A stretch of DNA of 24,000 nucleotides from Pseudomonas sp. MRSN 12121. GTDB taxonomy: Bacteria > Pseudomonadota > Gammaproteobacteria > Pseudomonadales > Pseudomonadaceae. Of this stretch, positions 1-7,398 are shown in pieces. Both the position numbers and the translations under genes were made by a program. Where the stretch lies: assembly GCF_000931465.1 (NCBI RefSeq), contig NZ_CP010892.1, positions 2,479,388 to 2,503,387 of the forward strand, in the 5' to 3' direction. The notes beneath the pieces were generated by a model. The model was not told the DNA's origin. It ran no database searches and saw only the letters and a program-made list of their open reading frames with translations. Positions within the stretch are counted from its first letter, which is position 1; each line of letters begins with the position of its first letter.

Positions 1-118
1 CAAGAAAAACTGGTTCAACGGCCTGAAAATGCCGTCCATCGTAGTGAAGCAGCTCGACGGCAGCGTCGAGGTGGTTCGTGAGTTTGGGTTCGAAGACTAC
101 CTGTCCAGCCTCTCGTAA
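1..118 (+). CDS. nspC: Carboxynorspermidine/carboxyspermidine decarboxylase, C-terminal fragment (5' end lies outside the window)
   Basis: Frame 2 is open from the window edge to TAA at 116-118 and translates KKNWFNGLKMPSIVVKQLDGSVEVVREFGFEDYLSSLS*. As I recall it, this resembles the C-terminus of NspC-type decarboxylases. It lies directly upstream of the partner synthase gene. Only 38 aa are visible. Confidence 0.45.
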   Translation, partial: KKNWFNGLKMPSIVVKQLDGSVEVVREFGFEDYLSSLS

Positions 119-144
119 GCTGGCGGAAAGGAGAGATAAAGAAA

Positions 145-1380
145 TTGAAGAAGAACGTTCTTATCATTGGTGCAGGAGGTGTCGCCAAGGTGGTGGCCCA
201 CAAGTGCGCGCAGCACAACGACGAACTCGGTCGTATTGCCATCGCGTCGCGCAACATCTCCAAATGCCAGGCCATCATCGACAGCGTCAAGGCCAAGGGC
301 AGCCTCAAACAGCCCGCTGAAATCAAGGCCTACGCGCTGAACGCGCTGGACATCGAAGCGACCAAGGCGCTGATCCGCGAGACCGAATCGCAGATCGTCA
401 TCAACGTCGGTTCCGCCTTCCTCAACATGTCGGTGCTGCGTGCCTGCATCGATACCGGCGTGGCCTACCTGGACACCGCCATTCACGAAGAGCCGGGCAA
501 GATCTGCGAGACGCCGCCCTGGTATGGCAACTACGAGTGGAAGCACCTCGAGGAATGCCAGCAGAAGAACGTCACCGCCATTCTCGGCGTCGGCTTCGAC
601 CCGGGTGTGGTCAATGCCTACGCGGCGCTGGCCAAGCAACAGTATTTCGACCGCATCGACTCGATCGACATCCTCGACGTCAATGCCGGTTCCCATGGCA
701 AATATTTCGCCACCAATTTCGACCCGGAAATCAATTTCCGCGAATTCACCGGACAGGTGTGGAGCTGGCAGGACAGCCAGTGGACCAGCAACACCATGTT
801 CGAAGTCAAGCGCACCGACGACCTGCCGGTCGTGGGCTCGCAGAACCTGTACCTGACCGGCCACGATGAAGTGCACTCGCTGTCGAAGAACCTCGACGTG
901 CCCAACGTGCGCTTCTGGATGAGCTTCGGCGAGCACTACATCAATGTGTTCACCGTGCTGAAGAACCTCGGCCTGCTCTCCGAGCAACCGGTCAAGACCG
1001 CCGAAGGCCTGGAAGTGGTGCCGCTCAAAGTGGTCAAGGCCGTGCTGCCGGACCCAGCCTCGCTGGCGCCGGGCTACACCGGCAAGACCTGCATCGGCGA
1101 CCTGGTCAAGGGCACCAAGGATGGCCAGCCGCGCGAAGTCTTTATCTACAACGTGGCCTGCCACGAAGAGGCCTTTGCCGAAACCGACAGCCAGGGCATT
1201 TCCTACACCGCGGGCGTACCGCCGGTGGCCGCGGCCCTGCTGGTGGCCCGTGGCGAATGGGATGTGCAGCGCATGGTCAACGTCGAGGAGCTGCCGGCCG
1301 AGCCGTTCCTCAAGGCGCTGGACGTGATGGGCCTGCCGACCCGCGTCAAGGACGAGCACGGCGACCGTCCATGGAACTGA
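145..1380 (+). CDS. Saccharopine dehydrogenase-family carboxynorspermidine/carboxyspermidine synthase (dehydrogenase)
   Basis: 411-aa ORF with a TTG start 9 nt after AAAGGAGAG. It has an N-terminal Rossmann motif VLIIGAGGVAKVVAHK. Motifs GVGFDPGVVNAY, KYFATNFDPEIN and SLAPGYTGKTCIG align with my memory of Vibrio CANSDH. GC3 bias is strong. Confidence 0.85.
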   Translation: MKKNVLIIGAGGVAKVVAHKCAQHNDELGRIAIASRNISKCQAIIDSVKAKGSLKQPAEIKAYALNALDIEATKALIRETESQIVINVGSAFLNMSVLRACIDTGVAYLDTAIHEEPGKICETPPWYGNYEWKHLEECQQKNVTAILGVGFDPGVVNAYAALAKQQYFDRIDSIDILDVNAGSHGKYFATNFDPEINFREFTGQVWSWQDSQWTSNTMFEVKRTDDLPVVGSQNLYLTGHDEVHSLSKNLDVPNVRFWMSFGEHYINVFTVLKNLGLLSEQPVKTAEGLEVVPLKVVKAVLPDPASLAPGYTGKTCIGDLVKGTKDGQPREVFIYNVACHEEAFAETDSQGISYTAGVPPVAAALLVARGEWDVQRMVNVEELPAEPFLKALDVMGLPTRVKDEHGDRPWN

Positions 1381-1395
1381 TGCAACCCTCGCTGT

Positions 1396-1429
1396 AAAAA
1401 AACCAGGTGCGCCCGGATGGCGCGCCTGG
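1396..1429 (-). terminator. GC-rich hairpin with a U7 tract only on the minus strand
   Basis: CCAGGTGCGCC (1403-1413) pairs with GGCGCGCCTGG (1419-1429) as 11 bp with one G-U. An A7 run precedes it at 1396-1402, so it reads as hairpin+U7 on the minus strand. There is no T-run on the plus side although it sits just after the plus-strand stop at 1380. Confidence 0.4.
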
Positions 1430-1839
1430 CTCTCGCTTCCCCCCGCATTCCGCTCGTTGATCCCGCTGACTCACCGCCACCCTGCGTTCTGCGCAACGGG
1501 TGCGATCGCGCCTGGCCGGCGCCTGACGCTCGTCGACTTTCGCCAAGGGCGCTGCGCTGGCTGATCCGCCGGGCGATCGACCCGCAGGAGGGCGAGCGCA
1601 TCGATGAGGCGGCATTGCAGGCGCTGAACCTGTCGCGCTGAACGGGGCGCGCGGGCAGGGCGGCCATTGGTCGCACCCTGGCGCGCCGGGGCCTGTGCGG
1701 TGCGCTCTTGACGGCATTGTTACCAAAGTCGAAACGCAGTCTTGGCCGGGCGGGGTTTGTGCCGGTCGTGGCTTCGGGCATAAGCTTCCCTCCTTTTTCG
1801 CCCCGGGCCCCTTCGCTCGGCCTGCCTTGAGGAAATCCC

Positions 1840-2814
1840 ATGTCCAGTCAGTTCCCCCAAGCCCGTCCCCGTCGCCTGCGCCGTTCCGAGCAGATGCGCA
1901 GCCTGTTCCAGGAAACCGAGTTCAGCCTCAACGACCTGGTGCTGCCGATTTTCGTCGAGGAAGAGATCGATGACTTCGTGCCGATCAAGAGCATGCCGGG
2001 GGTGATGCGCATTCCGGAATCGAAGCTGGCCGGGGAGATCGAGCGCTACGCCCGCGCGGGGATCAAGTCGGTGATGACCTTCGGCGTTTCGCACCATCTG
2101 GACAGCACCGGCAGCGATACCTGGAACGATAACGGCCTGGTGTCGCGCATGTCGCGTATCGCCAAGGACGCGGTGCCGGAGATGATCGTGATGTCCGACA
2201 CCTGTTTCTGCGAGTACACCGACCACGGCCACTGCGGCGTGCTGCACGGCCACGAAGTGGACAACGACCAGACCCTGGTCAACCTCGGCAAGCAGGCGGT
2301 GGCCGCGGCCCGCGCCGGCGCCGATGTGATCGCGCCGTCGGCGGCCATGGACGGGCAGGTCCAGGCCATCCGCCGGGCCCTGGACGAGGCCGGCTTCACC
2401 CAGACCGCGATCATGGCCTATTCCACCAAGTTCGCCTCGGCGCTCTACGGCCCGTTCCGCGAAGCCGGCGGCAGCGCCTTGAAGGGCGACCGCAAGAGCT
2501 ACCAGATGAACCCGATGAACCGCCGCGAGGCGGTGCGCGAATCGCTGCTGGACGAACAGGAAGGCGCGGACTCGCTGATGGTCAAGCCGGCCGGGGCCTA
2601 CCTCGATATCATCCGCGACATCCGCGAAGCCTCGCGCCTGCCGGTGACGGCGTATCAGGTCAGCGGCGAGTACGCGATGATCAAGTTCGGCGCCCAGGCC
2701 GGCGCCATCGACGAAGCGCGGGTGGTGCGCGAAAGCCTGGGGTCGATCAAGCGCGCCGGCGCCGACCTGATCTTCACCTACTTCGCGATGGACCTGGCGC
2801 TCGCCGGGATCTGA
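1840..2814 (+). CDS. hemB: Porphobilinogen synthase (delta-aminolevulinate dehydratase), Cys-rich Zn-type
   Basis: 324 aa, with GAGGA 6 nt upstream of the ATG. It is near-collinear with E. coli HemB as I remember it (PRRLRR..., [58 protein letters not shown]). Confidence 0.95.
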   Translation: MSSQFPQARPRRLRRSEQMRSLFQETEFSLNDLVLPIFVEEEIDDFVPIKSMPGVMRIPESKLAGEIERYARAGIKSVMTFGVSHHLDSTGSDTWNDNGLVSRMSRIAKDAVPEMIVMSDTCFCEYTDHGHCGVLHGHEVDNDQTLVNLGKQAVAAARAGADVIAPSAAMDGQVQAIRRALDEAGFTQTAIMAYSTKFASALYGPFREAGGSALKGDRKSYQMNPMNRREAVRESLLDEQEGADSLMVKPAGAYLDIIRDIREASRLPVTAYQVSGEYAMIKFGAQAGAIDEARVVRESLGSIKRAGADLIFTYFAMDLALAGI

Positions 2815-2843
2815 GGCTTTTCGGCAGCGTCCTTAAGGGCCTC

Positions 2844-2922
2844 ATCGCGGGCAAGTCGGATCGCCGCCCGCTCGCTCCTACAGACGAAGATGGATTCTGT
2901 AGGAGCGAGGCTTGCCCGCGAT
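2844..2922. repeat. REP-like inverted repeat (imperfect pair)
   Basis: The left arm is ATCGCGGGCAAG..CGCTCGCTCCTACA and the right arm is TGTAGGAGCGAGGCTTGCCCGCGAT. The left arm carries an extra about 13 nt. It has the same core as the element at 18884-18952 and sits between convergent hemB and the monooxygenase gene. Confidence 0.8.
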
Positions 2923-2965
2923 GGCGTCAGTCCCCGCAACGCAAAAATCGCGACGGGCACTCTTC

Positions 2966-4486
2966 TCACAGCACAATCTTGTGCTCATCGAAATACCGCT
3001 CCAGCACCTTCGGGTCCGCCGAACGCTCGGCCAGCGCCACGTAGGTGTCCGGCCGCAGCAGGTAGAAGCCGTTGCGCGCAAGGCCCGCGGCCTGGTGCGC
3101 CGGTTCCCAGTCGAACACTGTCAGCGGCAGCTGGCGCTCGGCGCACCAGGCGCGCAGGGCGTCGCTGGTGACCCCGTACACATGCACCTGCCACCCCGGG
3201 TAGTCGAGGCTGGCGAAGTTGTCGGTCAGTGCGCCGTGGGCCCAGGGCAGGCGGTCGCCGCCGTGGACGTGGCCGGCGCTGCCGACGCTCAGGGGCATGT
3301 CGCGGTAGTTGAGGGTGATCTGCGACACGGTGCGGAACAGGAATTCGCGCGCCGTTTCCAGCGCCGTCACCTTGGGGATCAGCAACGGCGCCAGGCGTGT
3401 GCGCAGCAGGTTGGCGATCGGCCCGTCGGCGGTGACGAAACTGAACACCCGGTCGGTGGTGGCCACCAGGCGCCGGGCGAATTCGATGCGTTCCAGCTCA
3501 TAGGTCGCCAGCAGGTGTTCCGAAGACTTGCCGCCGAGCACCGCGGCGAGTTTCCAGGCCAGGTTGATGGCGTCGCCGATCCCGGTGTTCATGCCCTGGC
3601 CGCCGGCCGGGCTGTGTACATGGGCGGCATCGCCGAGGAGGAAGGCGCGACCGATGGCGAAGCGCTCGGCCACCCGGTGATGCACCCGGTACGTGGAGAA
3701 CCAGTTGACCCGTTCGACCTGCACCTTGAGGTTATCCATGGCGCGCCGGCTGACGTCCTCGAACTTCAGGGTCTCGGCCTGTTCCGCGCGTTCGTCGCGC
3801 ACCGTGCCGATCAATCGCGCCCGGCCAGTGCCGGCCAGCGGGAACACCGCGAGAAAGTCCGCTTCGTCGAGGTCCGCGTGCAGCTCGCCATTGAGCGCGG
3901 GGCCCTGGGCGTCGACATCCGCCACATAAAACACTTGCTGATAGGTGCCGCCGGGGAAGTCGATGCCCAGGGCCTTGCGCACCGTCGAGCGGGCGCCGTC
4001 GCAGCCGGCCACATAGAAGGCCTGGCAGGTTTCCTCCTGGCCGTCGGCGCCACGCAGCTGGGCGCTGACCAGATGGCCGTGGTCGATGAAACTCAGCAGC
4101 TCGGTGCGGCGCTCGACCGTCACGCCGAAGCGCTCCAGGCGTTCGATCAGCAGTCGTTCGTGCTGGTCTTGCGGGTAGATCTCCAGGAAGGGGTAGGGCG
4201 TGAGGTCGGCGCCGATGCTGCTCAGCGGCAGGTGGGCGGCCTGTTCGCCCTTGACCCACAGGTTGGCGGCGGGCACCCGGTGGCCCTGGTCGAGGATGGC
4301 CTGGGTCAAGTCCAGCTGGCGGTACAGCTCCAGGGTCCGGGCCTGCACCGCCAGGGCCCGGGAGGTGGTGCCGGGGCCCGGGGTCTGGTCGATGATGCGC
4401 ACCTTGATGCCCAGGCGGCTCAGCCACAGCGCCAGGACCAGGCCAGTGGGGCCGGCGCCAATGATCAGTACGTCGCTGCGGTTCAT
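2966..4486 (-). CDS. FAD-dependent aromatic-ring monooxygenase (PheA/TfdB-like)
   Basis: 506 aa. The N-terminal motif DVLIIGAGPTGLVLALWL is a GxGxxG FAD fold. The later motif GRAFLLGDAAHVHSPAGGQGMNTGIGDA is the flavoprotein hydroxylase signature. Confidence 0.85.
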   Translation of the reverse strand: MNRSDVLIIGAGPTGLVLALWLSRLGIKVRIIDQTPGPGTTSRALAVQARTLELYRQLDLTQAILDQGHRVPAANLWVKGEQAAHLPLSSIGADLTPYPFLEIYPQDQHERLLIERLERFGVTVERRTELLSFIDHGHLVSAQLRGADGQEETCQAFYVAGCDGARSTVRKALGIDFPGGTYQQVFYVADVDAQGPALNGELHADLDEADFLAVFPLAGTGRARLIGTVRDERAEQAETLKFEDVSRRAMDNLKVQVERVNWFSTYRVHHRVAERFAIGRAFLLGDAAHVHSPAGGQGMNTGIGDAINLAWKLAAVLGGKSSEHLLATYELERIEFARRLVATTDRVFSFVTADGPIANLLRTRLAPLLIPKVTALETAREFLFRTVSQITLNYRDMPLSVGSAGHVHGGDRLPWAHGALTDNFASLDYPGWQVHVYGVTSDALRAWCAERQLPLTVFDWEPAHQAAGLARNGFYLLRPDTYVALAERSADPKVLERYFDEHKIVL

Positions 4487-4559
4487 GTCGTTGCCCTCAT
4501 GCAGAGATCAATGTCATGCCGGTCTTGCCCGCCACCCGAAGCGCTTGCCGGAACGCGCT

Positions 4560-5174
4560 TCAGCGCTGGCTGAACGCCAGGTTCAGGCCCAGGGCGGCGA
4601 AGCTGGCGGCAAAGCCGCGGCGCAGCCAGTCCTGCACCCGGGGCGACTCGATCACCGCCCGGCGGAACAGGTTGGCCAGCAGGCCGTAGAGCACGAACAC
4701 GGCGAAGGTCATGGCCATGAACACGCCGCTCAGGCCGAGCATCTGCACCGCCGGCGACGGGCCGTCGTGCTGGATGAATTGCGGCAGGAAGGCCAGGAAG
4801 AAAATCGTCAGCTTGGGGTTGAGGATGTTCAGCAGGCAGGCCTTGAGCATCAGGCCGCCGGCGCTGGCGGCGGGGGCGCTGGCGTCCACGGCGAAGGCCG
4901 AGCGGTCGCGCCAGGTGGCGTAGGCCAGGTACAGCAGGTAGGCGACCCCGGCGAACTTCAAACCCTGGAAAGCCAGCGCGCTGGTGTGCAGCAGCGCCGA
5001 CAGGCCCAGCACCGAGGCCAGCAGGTGCGGGACTATCCCGGCGGTGCAGCCGATCGCGGTGAACAGGCTGGCGCGCTTGCCGGCCACCAGGGCGGTGGAA
5101 ATGGTCAGGATCACGCCGCTGCCGGGAATCAGCACGACGATCAGCGAGGTGACGAGAAAATCCAGTGAAAGCAT
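4560..5174 (-). CDS. LysE/RhtB-family amino-acid exporter
   Basis: The start is set at the internal ATG (5174), giving MLSLDFLVTSLIVVLIPGSGV..., the typical LysE N-terminus. The protein is about 204 aa and multi-TM. The 29-aa upstream extension in the ORF track has no homolog-like character. Confidence 0.85.
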   Translation of the reverse strand: MLSLDFLVTSLIVVLIPGSGVILTISTALVAGKRASLFTAIGCTAGIVPHLLASVLGLSALLHTSALAFQGLKFAGVAYLLYLAYATWRDRSAFAVDASAPAASAGGLMLKACLLNILNPKLTIFFLAFLPQFIQHDGPSPAVQMLGLSGVFMAMTFAVFVLYGLLANLFRRAVIESPRVQDWLRRGFAASFAALGLNLAFSQR

Positions 5175-5366
5175 GGTGCAGGGCACTCCCAGGGCAGGTG
5201 ACGGTTTTCCGCTCCGGCTGAACATGTCCGGCAGGTGGCCGTCGGGCTCATCAAAATACACCCGGCACCGGCTTTCAGGGTGGTTGCTTTCAGGCGGTGG
5301 TCGTTTGCATCTTTGCGCGGGCGATGAGGGTTCAGATTAGGTGAAATTCGCCGTGCTTCACGGGGA

Positions 5367-6560
5367 ATGCTCAAATGGTGGTTGTCCGCTGCGGAACAGC
5401 GGGGTGCCGCGGGGGTCGATATCGGCGGCGCTACGCTGCATATTCGGTTTTTTTCGGGAGCCAGGCTTATCAAACTTCTGCATTCATTTCGTTGGGCCGC
5501 TGTGGTGGCCCTGCTGGCCCTGGTCGGTTGCGCCAGCCAGCACAGCGGCCAGGCACCCATGCCGAGCCCGACGCAGATCCAGGCGCAGGCGCTGCGCCTG
5601 TTGCCGGCCAGGGTCGCCGATCGCCAGGGCTGGGCGCGGGATCTCCAGGTGGCCTTTACCGCCCAGGGCATCGAGCCGAGCCAGAGCAACCTGTGCGCGG
5701 TGCTGGCGGTGGCCGAGCAGGAGTCGACCTATCAGGTCGATCCGCCGGTGCCGGGGCTGGGCAAGATCGCCCGCGAAGAGATCGACCGCCGCGCGGCCAA
5801 GGTGCATGTGCCGTCGATGCTGGTGAGCGCGGCGTTGCAGGTGCGTTCGCCGAACGGCAAGTCCTACAGCGAACGCCTGGCCGGGGCGCGCACTGAGAAG
5901 GAACTGAGCGCGATCTTCGACGACTTCATCGGCATGGTGCCCATGGGCAAGACCCTGTTCGGTGGCTTCAACCCGGTGCACACCGGCGGGCCGATGCAGG
6001 TCAGCATCGCCTTTGCCGAACAGCGGGCGCGGGATTATCCCTACCCGGTGGACGGCTCGATCCGCCACGAAGTGTTCAGCCGCCGCGGTGGCCTGTATTT
6101 CGGCGTGGCCCACCTGCTCGGTTACCCGGTGAACTACCCGCAGCCGCTGTACCGCTTCGCCGACTTCAACGCCGGCTGGTACGCCAGCCGCAACGCGGCG
6201 TTCCAGAACGCCGTGAGCGTGGCCTCGGGGATTGCCCTGGCGCTGGACGGCGACCTGATCCGCTACGACTCGATCATGCCCGGCAGCACCGAGCTGGCGG
6301 TGCGCGCCCTGGGCAAGTCCCTGGACATGCGCAACCCGACCATTCGCGACCAGCTGGAGAAGGGCAACAGCCTCGAGTTCGAGGACAGCAAGCTCTACAA
6401 GCGGGTATTCGCCCTGGCCGAGCAGGCGCAGGGCAGGGCGCTGCCGCGCCAGATCCTGCCGGGCATCGAGCTGAAGAGCCCGAAGATCACCCGCAAGTTG
6501 ACCACGGCCTGGTTCGCCAAGCGGGTGGACGAGCGGTATCAGCGGTGCATGGCGCGATAG
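5367..6560 (+). CDS. Putative lipoprotein (DUF1615-like)
   Basis: Long ORF with strong GC3 bias. It has a lipobox LLALVGC preceded by a hydrophobic h-region (about codon 35-55 of the ORF as drawn). The true start is uncertain (see findings). The DUF1615 name is from memory only. Confidence 0.7.
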   Translation: MLKWWLSAAEQRGAAGVDIGGATLHIRFFSGARLIKLLHSFRWAAVVALLALVGCASQHSGQAPMPSPTQIQAQALRLLPARVADRQGWARDLQVAFTAQGIEPSQSNLCAVLAVAEQESTYQVDPPVPGLGKIAREEIDRRAAKVHVPSMLVSAALQVRSPNGKSYSERLAGARTEKELSAIFDDFIGMVPMGKTLFGGFNPVHTGGPMQVSIAFAEQRARDYPYPVDGSIRHEVFSRRGGLYFGVAHLLGYPVNYPQPLYRFADFNAGWYASRNAAFQNAVSVASGIALALDGDLIRYDSIMPGSTELAVRALGKSLDMRNPTIRDQLEKGNSLEFEDSKLYKRVFALAEQAQGRALPRQILPGIELKSPKITRKLTTAWFAKRVDERYQRCMAR

Positions 6561-6621
6561 GCGGCAGCGAGGTGGGGAGTGGATGGCTGATCGACAGGGG
6601 AACGTCAGTGTCCTGAAATGC

Positions 6622-6654
6622 AAAAAGCCCGGCTGACAAGGCCGGGCTTTTTTT
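6622..6654. terminator. Bidirectional intrinsic terminator
   Basis: The structure is A5 - GCCCGGC (6627-6633) - loop TGACAAG - GCCGGGC (6641-6647) - T7 (6648-6654). It lies between the convergent stops at 6560 (+) and 6676 (-). Confidence 0.75.
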
Positions 6655-6675
6655 CGAGTACCGCGCATGGCGCGA

Positions 6676-7155
6676 TCATGCGGTGCGGCGTTCGTTCAGA
6701 CGATCGGAACCACCTTCGGCTACCCGGCGTTCGTTCAGACGATCGGAACCACCTTCGGCTACCCGGCGTTCGATCAGGCGATCGGAACCACCTTCGGCTA
6801 CACGGCGTTCGATCAGGCGATCGGAACCACCTTCGGCTACACGGCGTTCGATCAGGCGATCGGAACCACCTTCGGCTACACGGCGTTCGATCAGGCGATC
6901 GGAACCACCTTCGGCTACACGGCGTTCGATCAGGCGATTGGAGCCACCTTCGGCTACACGACGTTCGATCAGGCGATCGGAACCACCTTCGGCTACACGG
7001 CGTTCGATCAGGCGATCGGCGCCACCTTCGGCGACACGTTTTTCAATCAGGCGATCCGAACCGCCTTCGGCGACGACCGGGTAGGCCGAGGAGGCGGCGA
7101 AAGCGTTGGCGGCAAGGACCGAGAAAGCGATGCTGAGAAGAATTTGGCGTTTCAT
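6676..7155 (-). CDS. Secreted tandem-repeat protein: signal peptide plus 10 x 13-aa AEGGSDRLIERRV units
   Basis: GGAG lies 6 nt upstream of the ATG at 7155. The N-terminus MKRQILLSIAFSVLAANAFA is a classical Sec signal with AxA. It is followed by 10 in-frame 13-aa repeats and only one extra residue before the stop. A terminator lies downstream at 6622-6654. Confidence 0.75.
   Translation of the reverse strand: MKRQILLSIAFSVLAANAFAASSAYPVVAEGGSDRLIEKRVAEGGADRLIERRVAEGGSDRLIERRVAEGGSNRLIERRVAEGGSDRLIERRVAEGGSDRLIERRVAEGGSDRLIERRVAEGGSDRLIERRVAEGGSDRLNERRVAEGGSDRLNERRTA
6682..7071. repeat. 39-bp tandem repeat, 10 copies (coding)
   Basis: The plus-strand unit is about GGCGTTCGATCAGGCGATCGGAACCACCTTCGGCTACAC. 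Central copies are identical and terminal copies carry 1-4 substitutions. There are no spacers between copies. Confidence 0.95.
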
Positions 7156-7232
7156 GATGTGCTCCGGGGGTGCTGTTTGGTTGGTATGGAGCAGATGTTA
7201 CGTGGCGGATTTTTTTTGAGAATTTCATTGAG

Positions 7233-7249
7233 TCGATGGTGACCATCGA
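7233..7249. promoter_or_regulatory. Perfect 8-1-8 palindrome TCGATGGT-G-ACCATCGA (candidate operator)
   Basis: On the minus strand it reads TTGGCA-[TCGATGGTCACCATCGA]-CTCAAT. The palindrome therefore fills a 17-nt spacer between a -35-like and a weak -10-like hexamer, about 80-95 nt upstream of the repeat-protein ATG. Confidence 0.35.
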
Positions 7250-7328
7250 TGCCAATGATAGCGGCGGGGAGCCTTGGAATAGAGCCGTTGGGCGAGGGAT
7301 TCCACGGTGCCGACCGCTCGCGATCAAT

Positions 7329-7358
7329 AAAAAAGCCCGGCGCATCGGCCGGGCTTTT
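7329..7358 (-). terminator. Intrinsic terminator downstream of the DUF4349-like gene
   Basis: GCCCGGC (7335-7341) pairs with GCCGGGC (7348-7354) around the loop GCATCG. The minus strand reads hairpin+TTTTTT (A6 at 7329-7334). It lies 40 nt after the minus-strand stop at 7399. Confidence 0.65.
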
Positions 7359-7398
7359 CGGGTCTTTTCATTGCGCGGCATGGCTGCGCCGCATCACC

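Noticed and set aside
97-1359. This is the 420-aa minus-strand ORF antisense to the saccharopine-dehydrogenase-family gene. Analogous long antisense or shadow ORFs occur at 2912-4573 (+), 5484-6668 (-), 7249-8271 (+), 9677-10864 (+), 11513-12664 (-), 13243-14484 (-), 14615-15679 (-), 15849-16718 (-), 18737-20260 (+), 20330-21133 (-) and 21326-23134 (-).
   Set aside because: These are typical high-GC shadow ORFs. Their translations are R/G/A/H/Q-rich low-complexity sequence with no recognisable motifs. The opposite strand in each case encodes a protein with clear family signatures and GC3 bias.
1417-1641. This is a 74-aa plus-strand ORF in the spacer upstream of hemB.
   Set aside because: Its ATG lies in the loop of the 1403-1429 hairpin. 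It has no RBS and its first half is Pro/Ser-rich with mixed codon bias. It is kept only as a note in the spacer finding, not as a feature.
5175-5261. This is the N-terminal extension of the LysE-family ORF (start at 5261). Similar extensions exist for rtcA (16682), lysA (20281), lysR (20315) and GST (17837).
   Set aside because: Homolog N-termini, as I recall them, and Shine-Dalgarno spacing both support the downstream starts at 5174, 16736, 20224, 20351 and 17861. The extensions look non-native.
6682-7071. The regular 39-bp repeats could have been a CRISPR array.
   Set aside because: The repeats are directly contiguous with no spacers and are in frame with a signal-peptide-bearing ORF that has its own RBS and terminator. 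No cas genes are nearby.
6618-7242. These are the plus-strand ORFs across the repeat (172 aa, 191 aa, 133 aa).
   Set aside because: They are artefacts of a 39-bp periodic sequence that stays open in all frames. None has an RBS or a signal sequence. The 172-aa ORF starts within the terminator hairpin at 6622-6654, and the plus-strand frames run through the minus-strand gene's start region. The minus-strand frame has a coherent gene structure.
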